Shown here one piece after another: positions 1 through 9,244 of a stretch of 64,000 nucleotides of DNA. The notes under the pieces are model-generated. The model ran no database searches. It saw only the letters and a list, made by a program, of their open reading frames with translations, and was not told the origin of the DNA. How positions within the stretch are numbered: position 1 is the first letter of the stretch; each line of letters begins with the position of its first letter. Origin of the DNA: a virus; IMG/VR virus record IMGVR_UViG_3300036795_000250, positions 1-64,000 of that record. One strand, written 5' to 3'. Made by a program: the position numbers and the translations under genes.

Positions 1-30
1 TCATCATCATCATCATCATCATCATCATCA
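1..30. repeat. (TCA)10 trinucleotide repeat = (GAT)n poly-Asp on - strand
   Basis: tcatcatca... seen directly. Confidence 0.95.
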
Positions 31-623
31 GCCAGTTCGGCCATCTCGGCGCGCCAGTCCGCTGCCCCCGCCGTCTCATGCGCTGGCGTCTCCTTCAGGC
101 GCTCCCAGATCGGCAGACCATCCATATCAACTCCGTCGAACTCCAGGCGCCCGACCATGTTCTGGTGGCTGCCGAAGGCCGACCAGCCAGCCAGCGTGGC
201 CAACCGGAACGCTTCGGCCACCCAGTGCTTCAGCAGCGCCTCGGAGACCCAGAGCTGCTCGCGGAGCTCTGTCGCCTCGGTGATCTGGGCCTGCACGGCG
301 AGTTCCCGGGCCTGTTCACGCTCGGTCACATGCTTCTTGATCTTACGGATGGCGGGTGTGTCCAGTTCCTTGCCGAGGTCGATCAGTCGGTTATCGGGGA
401 GCAGGAAGAGTTGCAGGCCCTTCCAGAGCCTCCCCCAGACCTTCTCATCGACCGAGCTGTTCGGATACCAGCCATCGACGACCATCTCCGCGTTGGCCAG
501 GATCTCCTCCGTCACGTCCTCTTCTGAGAAGACGGTGTAGTAGCGATCGGCTGGCCGTTCGTGCTCGCTTTTCCAGCGTCCCCGTGCTCGGAGCCCACGA
601 AGCTCATAACTCTCGCCGCTCAC
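1..623 (-). CDS. Hypothetical protein with poly-Asp tract, 3' end cut by window edge
   Basis: Not in ORF track; read by hand from a GTG at 623 overlapping the upstream TGA (GTGA), open to position 1, ending ...WRAEMAELADDDDDDDDD. Confidence 0.7.
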   Translation of the reverse strand, partial: MSGESYELRGLRARGRWKSEHERPADRYYTVFSEEDVTEEILANAEMVVDGWYPNSSVDEKVWGRLWKGLQLFLLPDNRLIDLGKELDTPAIRKIKKHVTEREQARELAVQAQITEATELREQLWVSEALLKHWVAEAFRLATLAGWSAFGSHQNMVGRLEFDGVDMDGLPIWERLKETPAHETAGAADWRAEMAELADDDDDDDDD

Positions 624-1024
624 AGGAATTGCCTCTGCTTGCGTGCGGCGATCCAGCCGCGCTCGAAGGCGGCCGTGATGTCCGTAATGCCCACTGGTAG
701 GTCGCGGATGGCCTCCTGGATCTGCGGATGGGCTGTGGGGGTGACGGGCCGCTTGGCGTCGTGTGCTTCCCGGCCGAGGCGTTCGTAGGCGGTGTCCAGC
801 GCCCGAGCCCAGTCGGCACACCACGCGTCGCAGGGAACCTCCCGTGTGCAAGTGCACTGCTGGGTGCGGTGGGCTTGGTTGGCGTGTCGGACGGCCTCGC
901 CGTACCGAGCCATGGTGTCATCGGAGCGGATGAACGTGCGCCAGTCGGGCCGGTCCTGGCGACGGGAAATCATCTCGCGGTAGGTGCGGAAACGGTCGGT
1001 GTTGCTGATCGGGGTACGGGTCAT
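620..1024 (-). CDS. Hypothetical phage protein
   Basis: AGGAGG RBS before ATG 1024 (MTRTPIS...); part of ORF 620..1399. Confidence 0.7.
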   Translation of the reverse strand: MTRTPISNTDRFRTYREMISRRQDRPDWRTFIRSDDTMARYGEAVRHANQAHRTQQCTCTREVPCDAWCADWARALDTAYERLGREAHDAKRPVTPTAHPQIQEAIRDLPVGITDITAAFERGWIAARKQRQFL

Positions 1025-1071
1025 CGCGGGCCTCCTGTTTTCGGTGCGGTGTGCCAGAATCGCGTCGGAGG

Positions 1072-1365
1072 TCATGGCGTGATCGCTCCCAGCGTGCCGA
1101 CACACGGGCCGTCCCCATCCTCCAGCAGGGCGCCGCAGACGCTCCCGATTTCGGTCGCGTCCAGGCTCTCGCGGCCACACACCGGGCACCGTGCCGCCAC
1201 GCCATCCGGGCGGGCCAGCTCCTCCGGGCTCGCCCCGGCCAGGATGCTGTCGATGTAGTCCCGAATCAACCGTTGCCGGGTGGTATGTCGAGACAGAGCG
1301 ACTCGCTCGAAGTCCGCCCAGGCGCGAGGTGTGACCATCACACCGACAGTCCGGAAGTTCCGCAT
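1072..1365 (-). CDS. Putative ribbon-helix-helix DNA-binding protein with C-terminal Cys motif
   Basis: Strand FRTVGVMVT followed by two helices (..TRQRLIRDYI); CPVC..C..C. Confidence 0.5.
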   Translation of the reverse strand: MRNFRTVGVMVTPRAWADFERVALSRHTTRQRLIRDYIDSILAGASPEELARPDGVAARCPVCGRESLDATEIGSVCGALLEDGDGPCVGTLGAITP

Positions 1366-1395
1366 AGCGTGAAGATAACACACGAGTACATGGGT

Positions 1396-1411
1396 ACATG
1401 AGTACTCATGT
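1396..1411. promoter_or_regulatory. Perfect 16-bp palindrome ACATGAGTACTCATGT, candidate operator between divergent genes
   Basis: Palindrome plus GTACATG repeats in the 1365-1453 divergent gap. Confidence 0.6.
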
Positions 1412-1452
1412 GTTAGCCTGAATGCTCACCCACGCCACAGGGAGAGGGCGCC

Positions 1453-1713
1453 ATGAGCACCGTCGCCAACTTCGAGATCCTCGGCACCTCAACCACGATC
1501 ACCCGTTGCGGGAGGTGCGACCAGGAGGCGCCGTGGACGGTCGAGCTGGACTGCCTCGACGATGTTGGCAACGCCACCGGTCGTACGGTGTTCTATGGCG
1601 TCGAGTGTGCCGCAAGGGCGGCCGAATGGACAGCGATCGACACTCGGGTCGCGGCGAGGGCAGCTGAGCGGTTCCGTACGCGTCGGGGCACGCAGAAGGA
1701 GAGCATATTGTGA
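1453..1713 (+). CDS. Small putative Zn-binding hypothetical protein
   Basis: GGAGAGG RBS; CGRC...GVEC. Confidence 0.7.
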   Translation: MSTVANFEILGTSTTITRCGRCDQEAPWTVELDCLDDVGNATGRTVFYGVECAARAAEWTAIDTRVAARAAERFRTRRGTQKESIL

Positions 1714-2441
1714 ACAACAAGACCAGTATCGATGGCCCAGAGATCGCGGTAGGGACGGTACCGACTCCCTTCCGGTACACGGATCAGTTCCACGCCACCC
1801 AGCTTGCCCTGGTGTTCGACGCTGACGGCGGAGCGACGCTGAACGTCGAACACCAGACCGGAGACCTCGTCCAGATCTCTGCGGGGGTGGAACTGGACGC
1901 GGTCGACCTGGCCAGTCTGCACGCGGCGCTGGCGCCGTCCGTGGCGTTGCACGAGCGGATCGAGGCTGAGGCGGTGCGTCTCGCGGGCATGACGAGAGGG
2001 ATCGAGCGGGCGCAGGACGCACTGAAAGTGCTTGTCGTCGTGCCGCAGTGGTCGGCGGGCCGGGTGAGCAAGTTGTCCCTGCACCGTCGCTCGTGTGTGC
2101 ATGTCCGGGGTCATCAGCCCTGCACCGTCGAGCAGGCGATCGCGCAGACCCAGGCGGTCGGCGCACCGCCCGTCAAGTTCTGTGGCACGTGCCATCCGGC
2201 CGGGAGCACCGGCAAGCGCTATGAGCACGCCATCAACGAGCGCGGGGTGACGGTCGACGCCGATGGCCGCGAGCTCCGGGATGCGCTCGTCGCGGAGAAC
2301 CCGGTCCCGGTGTTACCCACTGCCGAGCAGCAGGCATATGTCGACCGCGTCGGTGAGGCGTTGGCTGAGGAGGACACCCTGGATGATCTGGGCAACCCGC
2401 TCGTCCAGCGGATTGCGGCCAGCCTGTATCTGGAGGACTGA
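1710..2441 (+). CDS. Hypothetical protein with DUF6233-like HxxxC...CxxCxP motif
   Basis: AGGAG RBS, GTGA overlap; LHRRSC...FCGTCHP. Confidence 0.65.
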   Translation: MNNKTSIDGPEIAVGTVPTPFRYTDQFHATQLALVFDADGGATLNVEHQTGDLVQISAGVELDAVDLASLHAALAPSVALHERIEAEAVRLAGMTRGIERAQDALKVLVVVPQWSAGRVSKLSLHRRSCVHVRGHQPCTVEQAIAQTQAVGAPPVKFCGTCHPAGSTGKRYEHAINERGVTVDADGRELRDALVAENPVPVLPTAEQQAYVDRVGEALAEEDTLDDLGNPLVQRIAASLYLED

Positions 2442-2444
2442 TCG

Positions 2445-2762
2445 ATGGACGAGCCTCAGCGCCTGGACATCGGCCAGGCTCACGCGCTCGCGATGATTTC
2501 CGCGAACGCGGTCGGGATGTCCCTGGGTACGTGGGCCGGTCGTGGCGCCTGGGCCAGCATGACCGACGCCGCGCGCGATCGGGCCGGGGCCCGCGCGCTC
2601 ACCGAATTCGACACCGCGATCGCGGAAATGATCGCCGTGCGTGAGAGTCTGGCTGCGACGCTCGCCGCCAGCGAAGTACCGACGGTGCAGGTGATCGCGG
2701 AGCTGCCGAGCGGTGTGACGGACATCCGTGCTGCTCGCAGCCGGAGCCACCGGAGCGAGTAG
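2445..2762 (+). CDS. Hypothetical protein
   Basis: GGAGG RBS; operon spacing. Confidence 0.65.
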   Translation: MDEPQRLDIGQAHALAMISANAVGMSLGTWAGRGAWASMTDAARDRAGARALTEFDTAIAEMIAVRESLAATLAASEVPTVQVIAELPSGVTDIRAARSRSHRSE

Positions 2763-2770
2763 ACGCCTGA

Positions 2771-3064
2771 TCACGTGGCCCGCGCACGGGCCAGATCTCT
2801 GATGTCGGCCATCAGCCGATCCGGCAGGACGCCGGTTCCCAGCACCGCGCGCAGCAGCTCCAGGGCTACGTCCTGCGGGATGACGAGGTTGATGGTGTCG
2901 GTGGGCCCGGAGCCGGTGAACTGGATGTCGATCGCACTGGTTTGCGTGTGGGTCTTGAAAAACACCACGTCTGGGCTGGCTGTTACCTGAGTCCCTGGCT
3001 GCACAGTGACGGCGTAGACGTCGCCGCCCGGAGCTTGCGTGTGAGTGCGGATGCGCTTTGGCAT
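2771..3064 (-). CDS. Hypothetical protein
   Basis: GGAGG RBS before MPKRIR at 3064. Confidence 0.6.
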   Translation of the reverse strand: MPKRIRTHTQAPGGDVYAVTVQPGTQVTASPDVVFFKTHTQTSAIDIQFTGSGPTDTINLVIPQDVALELLRAVLGTGVLPDRLMADIRDLARARAT

Positions 3065-3286
3065 CGCTGACCTCCATGGACGTTTCCTGCTGGGCCCGGC
3101 AGCACCATGGCCGCATTGCGTGTCCAGCAGCATAGCGACCCTAGCCTCACCGTACGTGGTCAACATCGCCGTCATGATCATGCCGGGCTCTTGCTTCAGG
3201 GTTGACCTGGGACGAGTTGTCCGGCTAGGAGGCGGTCTGCTAAATTGCACTCTGCTCCTAACATCTCGTCTCGTGTCGGAGTACGG

Positions 3287-3376
3287 GGCCCGGTCTCACA
3301 CCAGGTCGTTGTCTGAGCAGCAACTCAGCTAATGGCCGAGACCGGGCCTTTGCGTGTTCTCACCCGCAAAGGCCCG
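3287..3376. terminator. Overlapping alternative hairpins (terminator/attenuator-like)
   Basis: GGCCCGGTCTC(3287)/GAGACCGGGCC(3338) followed by TTTG; competing CGGGCCTTTGCG(3343)/CGCAAAGGCCCG(3365). Confidence 0.5.
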
Positions 3377-3384
3377 AGATGATC

Positions 3385-3481
3385 TTTCCAGTAGGTTTCC
3401 AGTAGACGCGCGGGGCCGACATCAGCGCAGGTCAGACTGCCTGGCCCGCCTGAGGCGATCCTTCTAGTGGGTTTCTAGTAA
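3385..3481. repeat. Two pairs of 10-bp direct repeats (T/C)TTCYAGTRR with 11-bp period
   Basis: TTTCCAGTAG at 3385 and 3396; CTTCTAGTGG at 3461; TTTCTAGTAA at 3472. Confidence 0.7.
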
Positions 3482-3505
3482 CGCTAAGTTATTTTCCGGG
3501 CACGA

Positions 3506-4735
3506 TTAGCCATGCTGGATGGCATGGGCGACGATGTCGACCGCGCTGCGCTCGGGGCTTCTTGCCGCGTGGACGTAGACACGTCTGGTGACCTCGGTCG
3601 AGCTGTGCCCCAGATCGAGGGAGACGTCAGATTCTGGAGCGCCCGAATCTACCCCTGCGGTGGCGTAGAAGTGGCGCAGCGCGTGCGGATGTATTGCCTC
3701 GGCGATGTCCGCCAGCTCGTCGCCACCCGACGCAGCGATACGGCGCAGCACCCGCCACAGCTCTTGCCGCGTATAGCGGTTACCGCGACGGGTGACGATG
3801 AGCGGCGTCATGGCATGAGGCTCGTTGGCGCGGAGTTGCGTCACCACCGAGCCTGCCGCGCTGTCCAGCATCGTCAGGTAAGCGGCGAGTCCATCGTCGG
3901 CCAACGTACTCAGGTAGACCACGCGCTCCTTGCCTCCCTTGCCATGCACGCGCAAAGCGCGGCGACCTCGGGTGACGTGCAGGTCCGCGCGGTTGAGGTA
4001 GCACACCTCGCTCACCCGCAGGCCCAGAGTGAACAGGGCGACCATGGCCAGCTCACGAGCCACGCTGAGCGCCGTCTGGCGTGGGCTTCGGGTGCCAGCG
4101 GAGCGGAGCAGTGCTCGGACTTGAGCTGGTGTCAGGACGATGGTGGGTGACGTGTTCTGCGTGACGTCCAGGCCGAGTCGTCGCCGGTTGATTGCGACCG
4201 GGTTGGCGTCCACCAGTTCCACCTCGGCCAGGTACTCGTACAGCGCTTTGGCTGCCGTGCGAAACGCGTCCCGGGTGCTGGGAGCAGCGCCCGCGTCGGC
4301 CAGATCGCTGAGCCACTCCTTCACATGCACGCTCTTGACATGGAGCGGGTCGAGCTCGTGTGCGACGAGCCAGCGGAACCAGTGCAGAGAGCGAAACGGG
4401 CCGCGTGCGCGAGACCAGTGACTGGTGCTCGGCTGCGGAGCCGGGATCTTCAGGGCGCGCTTGTAGCTGGCTCGGGCAGCGGCCCAGCCGTCCGGTTCCT
4501 GCTCTGGGAAGGCCCAGGCCGCGAAATCGTTGCCGGAGACCGGCAGGCCCAGATGTTCTGCGTAGGTGTGCTGGGTGCGCTGGGTCTTGTATCCGAGCAG
4601 CCATTCGGTGATGGCAACCAACAAGGCGGCAGGGTCAGTAACGAAAGGCCAGAGGGCGTCGGGTCGTGCTCCGGCGGGTAGTGCCGTGGTGTCGAGGGTT
4701 TCTTCGCTGGAGATGACAATTCCGTCGAATGTCAT
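3506..4735 (-). CDS. XerC/D-like tyrosine recombinase
   Basis: GLRVSE, GKGGKER, HALRH, LGH...Y catalytic set. Confidence 0.92.
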   Translation of the reverse strand: MTFDGIVISSEETLDTTALPAGARPDALWPFVTDPAALLVAITEWLLGYKTQRTQHTYAEHLGLPVSGNDFAAWAFPEQEPDGWAAARASYKRALKIPAPQPSTSHWSRARGPFRSLHWFRWLVAHELDPLHVKSVHVKEWLSDLADAGAAPSTRDAFRTAAKALYEYLAEVELVDANPVAINRRRLGLDVTQNTSPTIVLTPAQVRALLRSAGTRSPRQTALSVARELAMVALFTLGLRVSEVCYLNRADLHVTRGRRALRVHGKGGKERVVYLSTLADDGLAAYLTMLDSAAGSVVTQLRANEPHAMTPLIVTRRGNRYTRQELWRVLRRIAASGGDELADIAEAIHPHALRHFYATAGVDSGAPESDVSLDLGHSSTEVTRRVYVHAARSPERSAVDIVAHAIQHG

Positions 4736-4889
4736 TACTCACCGTTCTGTTGGCTAAGATTCGCACCTGCTCATGGTAACTATAGAGACCCTGCAACAGA
4801 TATATCTTCATGCTAGGACTGAGGGTTACGCTCGTAACGAGTCGCTAACCGTGCACAGTCATAATCCCAAAGCGAAAGGCGACACAGCC

Positions 4890-5393
4890 ATGGTACTCGC
4901 TCAAGCTTTCCAATCAGCTCGGTCGACTGCACAGACTCTGGTACAGCGAGCTGTGTTCGGAACCCTACGTGCTGCCGATGTGGACACCGTAGAGAAGCCG
5001 ATTCCCGGGTTCTCCAGTATGCGCACCGTGCCAGCCGATTGGCTCAACGGTATCGTCGCCGCCCGGGTGGTGGCGAACGTTGCTCGTAACATCATGCATG
5101 ACTACGCCCGGGAAGCCCGAGGCGACGGCATTACCTGGTTGGCCCTGGCCGACTCGTTGGGCGTCCCTACCGATGAAGATCTCGATCGCGCGGATGCCGC
5201 GTTCGAACTGATCGCTGGACAGCCAGCGCAGCGCTTCGACCGCGTCACCCTCACGTGGCGGTGCTCGACCTGCGACAAGTACGTCACCGACAACGGTCCG
5301 TATGAGCCACACCCGGACGACCGAGAGACCGGCCATGCCAGCGACTGCACCCGGCACCTCGGTGCAATCCGCGCGTACCAGGTCGATGACTGA
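4890..5393 (+). CDS. Hypothetical protein with HTH-like segment and C-terminal Zn finger
   Basis: GAAAGG RBS; ARGDGITWLALADSLGV; CSTC...H..DC. Confidence 0.65.
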   Translation: MVLAQAFQSARSTAQTLVQRAVFGTLRAADVDTVEKPIPGFSSMRTVPADWLNGIVAARVVANVARNIMHDYAREARGDGITWLALADSLGVPTDEDLDRADAAFELIAGQPAQRFDRVTLTWRCSTCDKYVTDNGPYEPHPDDRETGHASDCTRHLGAIRAYQVDD

Positions 5394-5515
5394 CCGGCCT
5401 GGCAATGCGCCCGGTTACGGTGAAAGCTCGCGGAATCACCAGACAGCGTGTCCGTGCACTGTGCTACGGCGGTACTGTCTAGATCGCCAAGGGCAGTGAG
5501 CAGAGAGGCCAGATC

Positions 5516-6319
5516 GTGACAGAGCGCTGGATACCAGAGGGCGTCGACACCGACACACCTAGCGTCGCGCGGATGTATGACTACTTCCTCGGTGGGGGCT
5601 ACAACTTCGCCGTGGATCGCGACCTCGCTGAACAGATCATCACCCAGTTTCCGGACATCAGGGTCGCAGCTCGCGCTAACCGTGACTTTGTGCTGCGAGC
5701 CACCCGTCACGTCGCCACCTTGGGCATTGATCAGTTCATCGACATCGGCTGTGGGCTGCCGACCGCCAATATGCTGCATCAGCAGGCACGGTCGATCAAC
5801 CCGGAGACTCGGGTGGTGTATGTCGACAATGAGCCAGTCGCGTTCGAGCACGGTCAGCTGATGCTCGAACATGTGGCCGGGGCCGAGATCATCCAGGCGG
5901 ATATGCGGGACCCTGACACGATCCTTGATCACCCGGTGACGCAGGAACTGCTCGACTTCGAGCGGCCGATCGCGGTCCTGCTGGCAGCGGTGCTGCATTT
6001 TGTACCTGACACCGACGGGCCAGCCGAGATCGTCGGAACGCTGCGCGATCGGCTCGCCCCCGGCTCTATGCTGATCCTCTCCCACGGGACCGCCGACGGC
6101 GAAGAGACGGGTGTCGGTCTCGCACGGAACCTGTACGCGCGCTCCCAGACTCCGGCATCGACGCGGAGCCGGGCCCAGGTGCAGGCATTCCTGGCTGGCT
6201 GGGAGCTCATACCGCCAGGGCTCGTGTGGGTCCCGGAGTGGCATCCCGACATGACGGCCCTGGTCCAGACCCCGCCAGCGCAGAGCCACTTCTATGGCGC
6301 TGTCGGGATTCGCCCGTAG
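5516..6319 (+). CDS. Actinomycete SAM-dependent methyltransferase (Methyltransf_19/DUF574-like)
   Basis: PSVARMYDYFLGG..NFAVDR, QFIDIGCGLPT, VVYVDNEP, LAPGS.L.LSH. Confidence 0.92.
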   Translation: MTERWIPEGVDTDTPSVARMYDYFLGGGYNFAVDRDLAEQIITQFPDIRVAARANRDFVLRATRHVATLGIDQFIDIGCGLPTANMLHQQARSINPETRVVYVDNEPVAFEHGQLMLEHVAGAEIIQADMRDPDTILDHPVTQELLDFERPIAVLLAAVLHFVPDTDGPAEIVGTLRDRLAPGSMLILSHGTADGEETGVGLARNLYARSQTPASTRSRAQVQAFLAGWELIPPGLVWVPEWHPDMTALVQTPPAQSHFYGAVGIRP

Positions 6320-6542
6320 CCTCACGCCGCGCCCATACGGCTAGCCGCTCTGTTCTTCTCCACCGCAGAGCGGCTAGCGTAGTGACGGGCGCGACGGTGC
6401 TGTGTGTGGAGGTTCTTCGGGTGACACGACGACGGCTCCGGCTTGCCGGTTGCGTGCTACTCGGGTCCCTGTCGTTGGCTGCGCTGCTGGTCTGTGGCGT
6501 GCTGTATGTAGCACGCCCATTGTAGGTAAGGTGCGACCTGCT

Positions 6543-6737
6543 ATGGATGACAACACCGACCTCACGCGGGCTCTGCGGTACGCCGATGACATCACCGACG
6601 CCCAGGCGCGGTATATGGACGAGCTCGGGAAGGCCAGCCGTCAGTTTGCTCGGCAGCTGGAACTGCTGCGGATACAGCACGACGCAGCTATTGCTCAGGC
6701 CCTCGGCCAACGCGGTGAAGGAGCCAACCATGACTGA
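6543..6737 (+). CDS. Small hypothetical protein
   Basis: AAGG RBS; MDDNTDL...; overlaps next start. Confidence 0.55.
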   Translation: MDDNTDLTRALRYADDITDAQARYMDELGKASRQFARQLELLRIQHDAAIAQALGQRGEGANHD

Positions 6738-7011
6738 GGACACGTTCCAGACCCGTTACCAGCAACTCACCGACCTGCGCACCGCCTTGCAGACCGCCTT
6801 CGGCGAGATGACCGCCGAGGATCTCGCCAACGTGGCGATGCTGGCTCAGGTGGCGGCCACGGTCGTCGTTCCCCTGCTGGAGGAGCGCAACACGCTTGTC
6901 CGTGATCTGGCCGCCGCGAACGAGGACCTGGCCGAGGTCAGAGCTCAATGTGCGGTGCTCGCCAAGCAATGTGAGGTTGTGGCAGCACGCTTGAGTGAGG
7001 GCACTGACTAA
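6730..7011 (+). CDS. Coiled-coil hypothetical protein
   Basis: AAGGAG RBS; MTEDTFQ... Confidence 0.65.
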   Translation: MTEDTFQTRYQQLTDLRTALQTAFGEMTAEDLANVAMLAQVAATVVVPLLEERNTLVRDLAAANEDLAEVRAQCAVLAKQCEVVAARLSEGTD

Positions 7012-7020
7012 GGCGAGCGC

Positions 7021-7554
7021 ATGGTGCTCGTGCATGAGAAGATCCGTGCTGCCGCGCTCGCGTTCCTCGACGAGGGGAACATCAGCTCTCCTCCTGTCCC
7101 GGTCGAGCAGATCGCCGTAGCCCATGAAATCCAGATCGTGCGGTCCTATGCGGACTCGACCGAGTCAGGCTTCTTGCTTCGTGCCGGTCAGAGAACCGTC
7201 CTTGGCGTGAACAGCAGATACTCACCACAACGGCAGCGATTCATTATCGCCCATGCGTTAGGACACTGGCGTCTTCACCACAATATGCGTTTGATCGTCG
7301 ATCATTCTGTCTCGGGGCTTAGCCGCTGTGACCGTATTTCCAGCAACCCTAGCGACACACAGGAGATCGAGGCCAACCAGTTCGTTGCCGAGCTGTTGAT
7401 ACCGTCTCGCTTCGTCACCGAGGCGCTAGAGGTCATCATGACTGCCGGAGTGGGGTCCCGGACCGACGTCGTTGCTGGGCTCGCGACTCAGTTCGACGTG
7501 GGTACCGAAACAATGAGCTGGCGATTGACTAATCTCGGAGTGCTGTCGCACTGA
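7021..7554 (+). CDS. ImmA/IrrE-family metallopeptidase-like protein (HExxH changed to HALGH)
   Basis: PVPVEQIA, RQRFIIAHALGH, EIEANQFVAELLIP. Confidence 0.88.
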   Translation: MVLVHEKIRAAALAFLDEGNISSPPVPVEQIAVAHEIQIVRSYADSTESGFLLRAGQRTVLGVNSRYSPQRQRFIIAHALGHWRLHHNMRLIVDHSVSGLSRCDRISSNPSDTQEIEANQFVAELLIPSRFVTEALEVIMTAGVGSRTDVVAGLATQFDVGTETMSWRLTNLGVLSH

Positions 7555-7576
7555 ACCACGGCCGAGCAATCATGCC

Positions 7577-7585
7577 GCCGATAGT
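7577..7585 (+). promoter_or_regulatory. Putative late promoter -10 GCCGATAGT (protease/scaffold)
   Basis: Intergenic, 32 nt before ATG 7618; recurring motif. Confidence 0.7.
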
Positions 7586-7617
7586 AGTGGCGTCGCTGAT
7601 TGCACTGGAGGCTGGAA

Positions 7618-8769
7618 ATGGATCCCGAGGTCATCATTGTCCCAAGCCGGGAACCCGACTTCGTGTTCCTGTCGCGAACGAAACAGGGACGGCTATTCCG
7701 TAAGCACATTCTGACCAAGGGCGAGCTGATTCACCCCACCACTGGCGCGAAGCTCACGATCGATGACGCCTTCGTTGCCACGATGAAGGCCAATTTCGAT
7801 GCTGGCGTCTGTGACCATGTCCAGGTCCCGTTGGCAGACAAAGACAACTCGCACGATGAACGACCAGACCGCAACGTCGGCGAGGTCATCGACCTGCAAG
7901 AAGAAGGCGGCAAGATCTACGCTGTCATCGACGCTCGCAAGCACGCGGACGACTTCGGCAAGACTCTCCTCGGGGCTAGCGCATTCATTCACTTGAATTA
8001 CAAGGACACTAAAACCGGGGAGCGTGTAGGTCCAACTCTCTTACACACTGCCGTCACAAACCGGCCTTACATTACTGGCCTTGAAGACTTCCGCGAGATC
8101 GTCGCAGCCAGCGCCGATAGTGTGGGTGAAGCTGAAGCGGTCCTGTTCACCGAAGTTCCGACGGCGCCAGCTTCAGTTCCTGATACGGGACAACCCGAAC
8201 CGGTGAGCGACCCTACGAGGACGGCGCAGAACATGCTTACGAAGGACGAGCTGCTTGCAGCGTTGAAAGATCAGCACGGCGTGGACGTCGTCGCGCTTCA
8301 GGCTCAGGCCGACGCGGGCAAGACGGCCTCCGACGTCGCCACCGAACTGACCGCCTCGCTGTCGGCGAAGCTGACCGAGGCCGGCGTAATCAAGCTGGCT
8401 GGCGGTAACGAGGACACCATCACCACCGAGGACGTCATCGGCGCGGTCACCGAGCTCGCCTCGACCAACCTCGCCCTGACCGGCCGGCTGGACACGCTGG
8501 AGAAGCGTGACGCGGAGTCTGTTGTGGACGGCTTCGTTCGCGAAGGCCGGATCCTGCCGGTACAGCGGGACACCTACGTGGAACTGCGTCTGAGCAACCC
8601 CAGCATGTTCGAACGCATGGTCCCTGCGGAGGCCATCGTCAAGATGGACACCGAGGCCGGTGTCACGCCGCCCGAAGACGAGAAGCACAAGAAGAACATC
8701 GACGAGGAGATCGCTCGTCTCACCGCTCCCAGCGGTTCCAATGCCCACATGTTCAAGGTCCAGAGCTGA
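7618..8769 (+). CDS. Mu gpI-like capsid maturation protease with C-terminal scaffold
   Basis: GGAGG RBS; GPTLLHTAVTNRPYI motif; helical C-terminal half; position before decoration and capsid genes. Confidence 0.82.
   Translation: MDPEVIIVPSREPDFVFLSRTKQGRLFRKHILTKGELIHPTTGAKLTIDDAFVATMKANFDAGVCDHVQVPLADKDNSHDERPDRNVGEVIDLQEEGGKIYAVIDARKHADDFGKTLLGASAFIHLNYKDTKTGERVGPTLLHTAVTNRPYITGLEDFREIVAASADSVGEAEAVLFTEVPTAPASVPDTGQPEPVSDPTRTAQNMLTKDELLAALKDQHGVDVVALQAQADAGKTASDVATELTASLSAKLTEAGVIKLAGGNEDTITTEDVIGAVTELASTNLALTGRLDTLEKRDAESVVDGFVREGRILPVQRDTYVELRLSNPSMFERMVPAEAIVKMDTEAGVTPPEDEKHKKNIDEEIARLTAPSGSNAHMFKVQS
8113..8121 (+). promoter_or_regulatory. Internal GCCGATAGT upstream of likely scaffold start (ATG 8233)
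   Basis: Exact motif in the protease/scaffold linker. Confidence 0.5.
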
Positions 8770-8795
8770 TTCGGGACACAAGGAAGGGCTGAACG

Positions 8796-9233
8796 ATGAC
8801 TAATCCTACTCCTTCGTTCCCGAAGATCCCGGTTCCGACCAACTCGGGAGTAATCAAGCAGTTCGGTACTGGCGGAGGCCCTGTTGCCGCACCGCTGGAC
8901 AACGAGCTTCAGTACAGCGCGCACGCCTTTACGCAGAAAGGCGTTACCGTGGCCGGTGGCCAGGGCATTCTGCCGATGGGGTGTGTGCTGGGTCAGAAGA
9001 CGGCCGACAAGAAGTTCTACGTCTACGTCACCGGCCACTCTGACGGCACCCAGACCGCACGCGGCATCCTCCGCAACGCTATCGACACCGGAGCCGCCGG
9101 CTCGCCTGACCAGCAAGCGAACATCGTGATTCGCGGGATCCTCAAGCTCGCTCTCGTATCGGGCGCGGATTCTGGTGCGATCACTACGCTTGCCGCTCGT
9201 ACCGACTCGGTGCTGGGCACCTTCACCTTCTGA
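8796..9233 (+). CDS. Head decoration protein (lambda gpD-like)
   Basis: GVTVAGGQGILPMGCVLG...SDGTQTARGIL; between scaffold and gpE-type capsid. Confidence 0.8.
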   Translation: MTNPTPSFPKIPVPTNSGVIKQFGTGGGPVAAPLDNELQYSAHAFTQKGVTVAGGQGILPMGCVLGQKTADKKFYVYVTGHSDGTQTARGILRNAIDTGAAGSPDQQANIVIRGILKLALVSGADSGAITTLAARTDSVLGTFTF

Positions 9234-9244
9234 GTAACAGGCTT

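Noticed and set aside
1-30. Poly-His tag or vector contamination
   Set aside because: The repeat is in frame as poly-Asp with a coherent - strand ORF; no vector sequence
7550-7576. Conserved TAAA -35 for the late promoters
   Set aside because: Aligning the seven sites shows no shared 4-mer at 15-17 nt spacing
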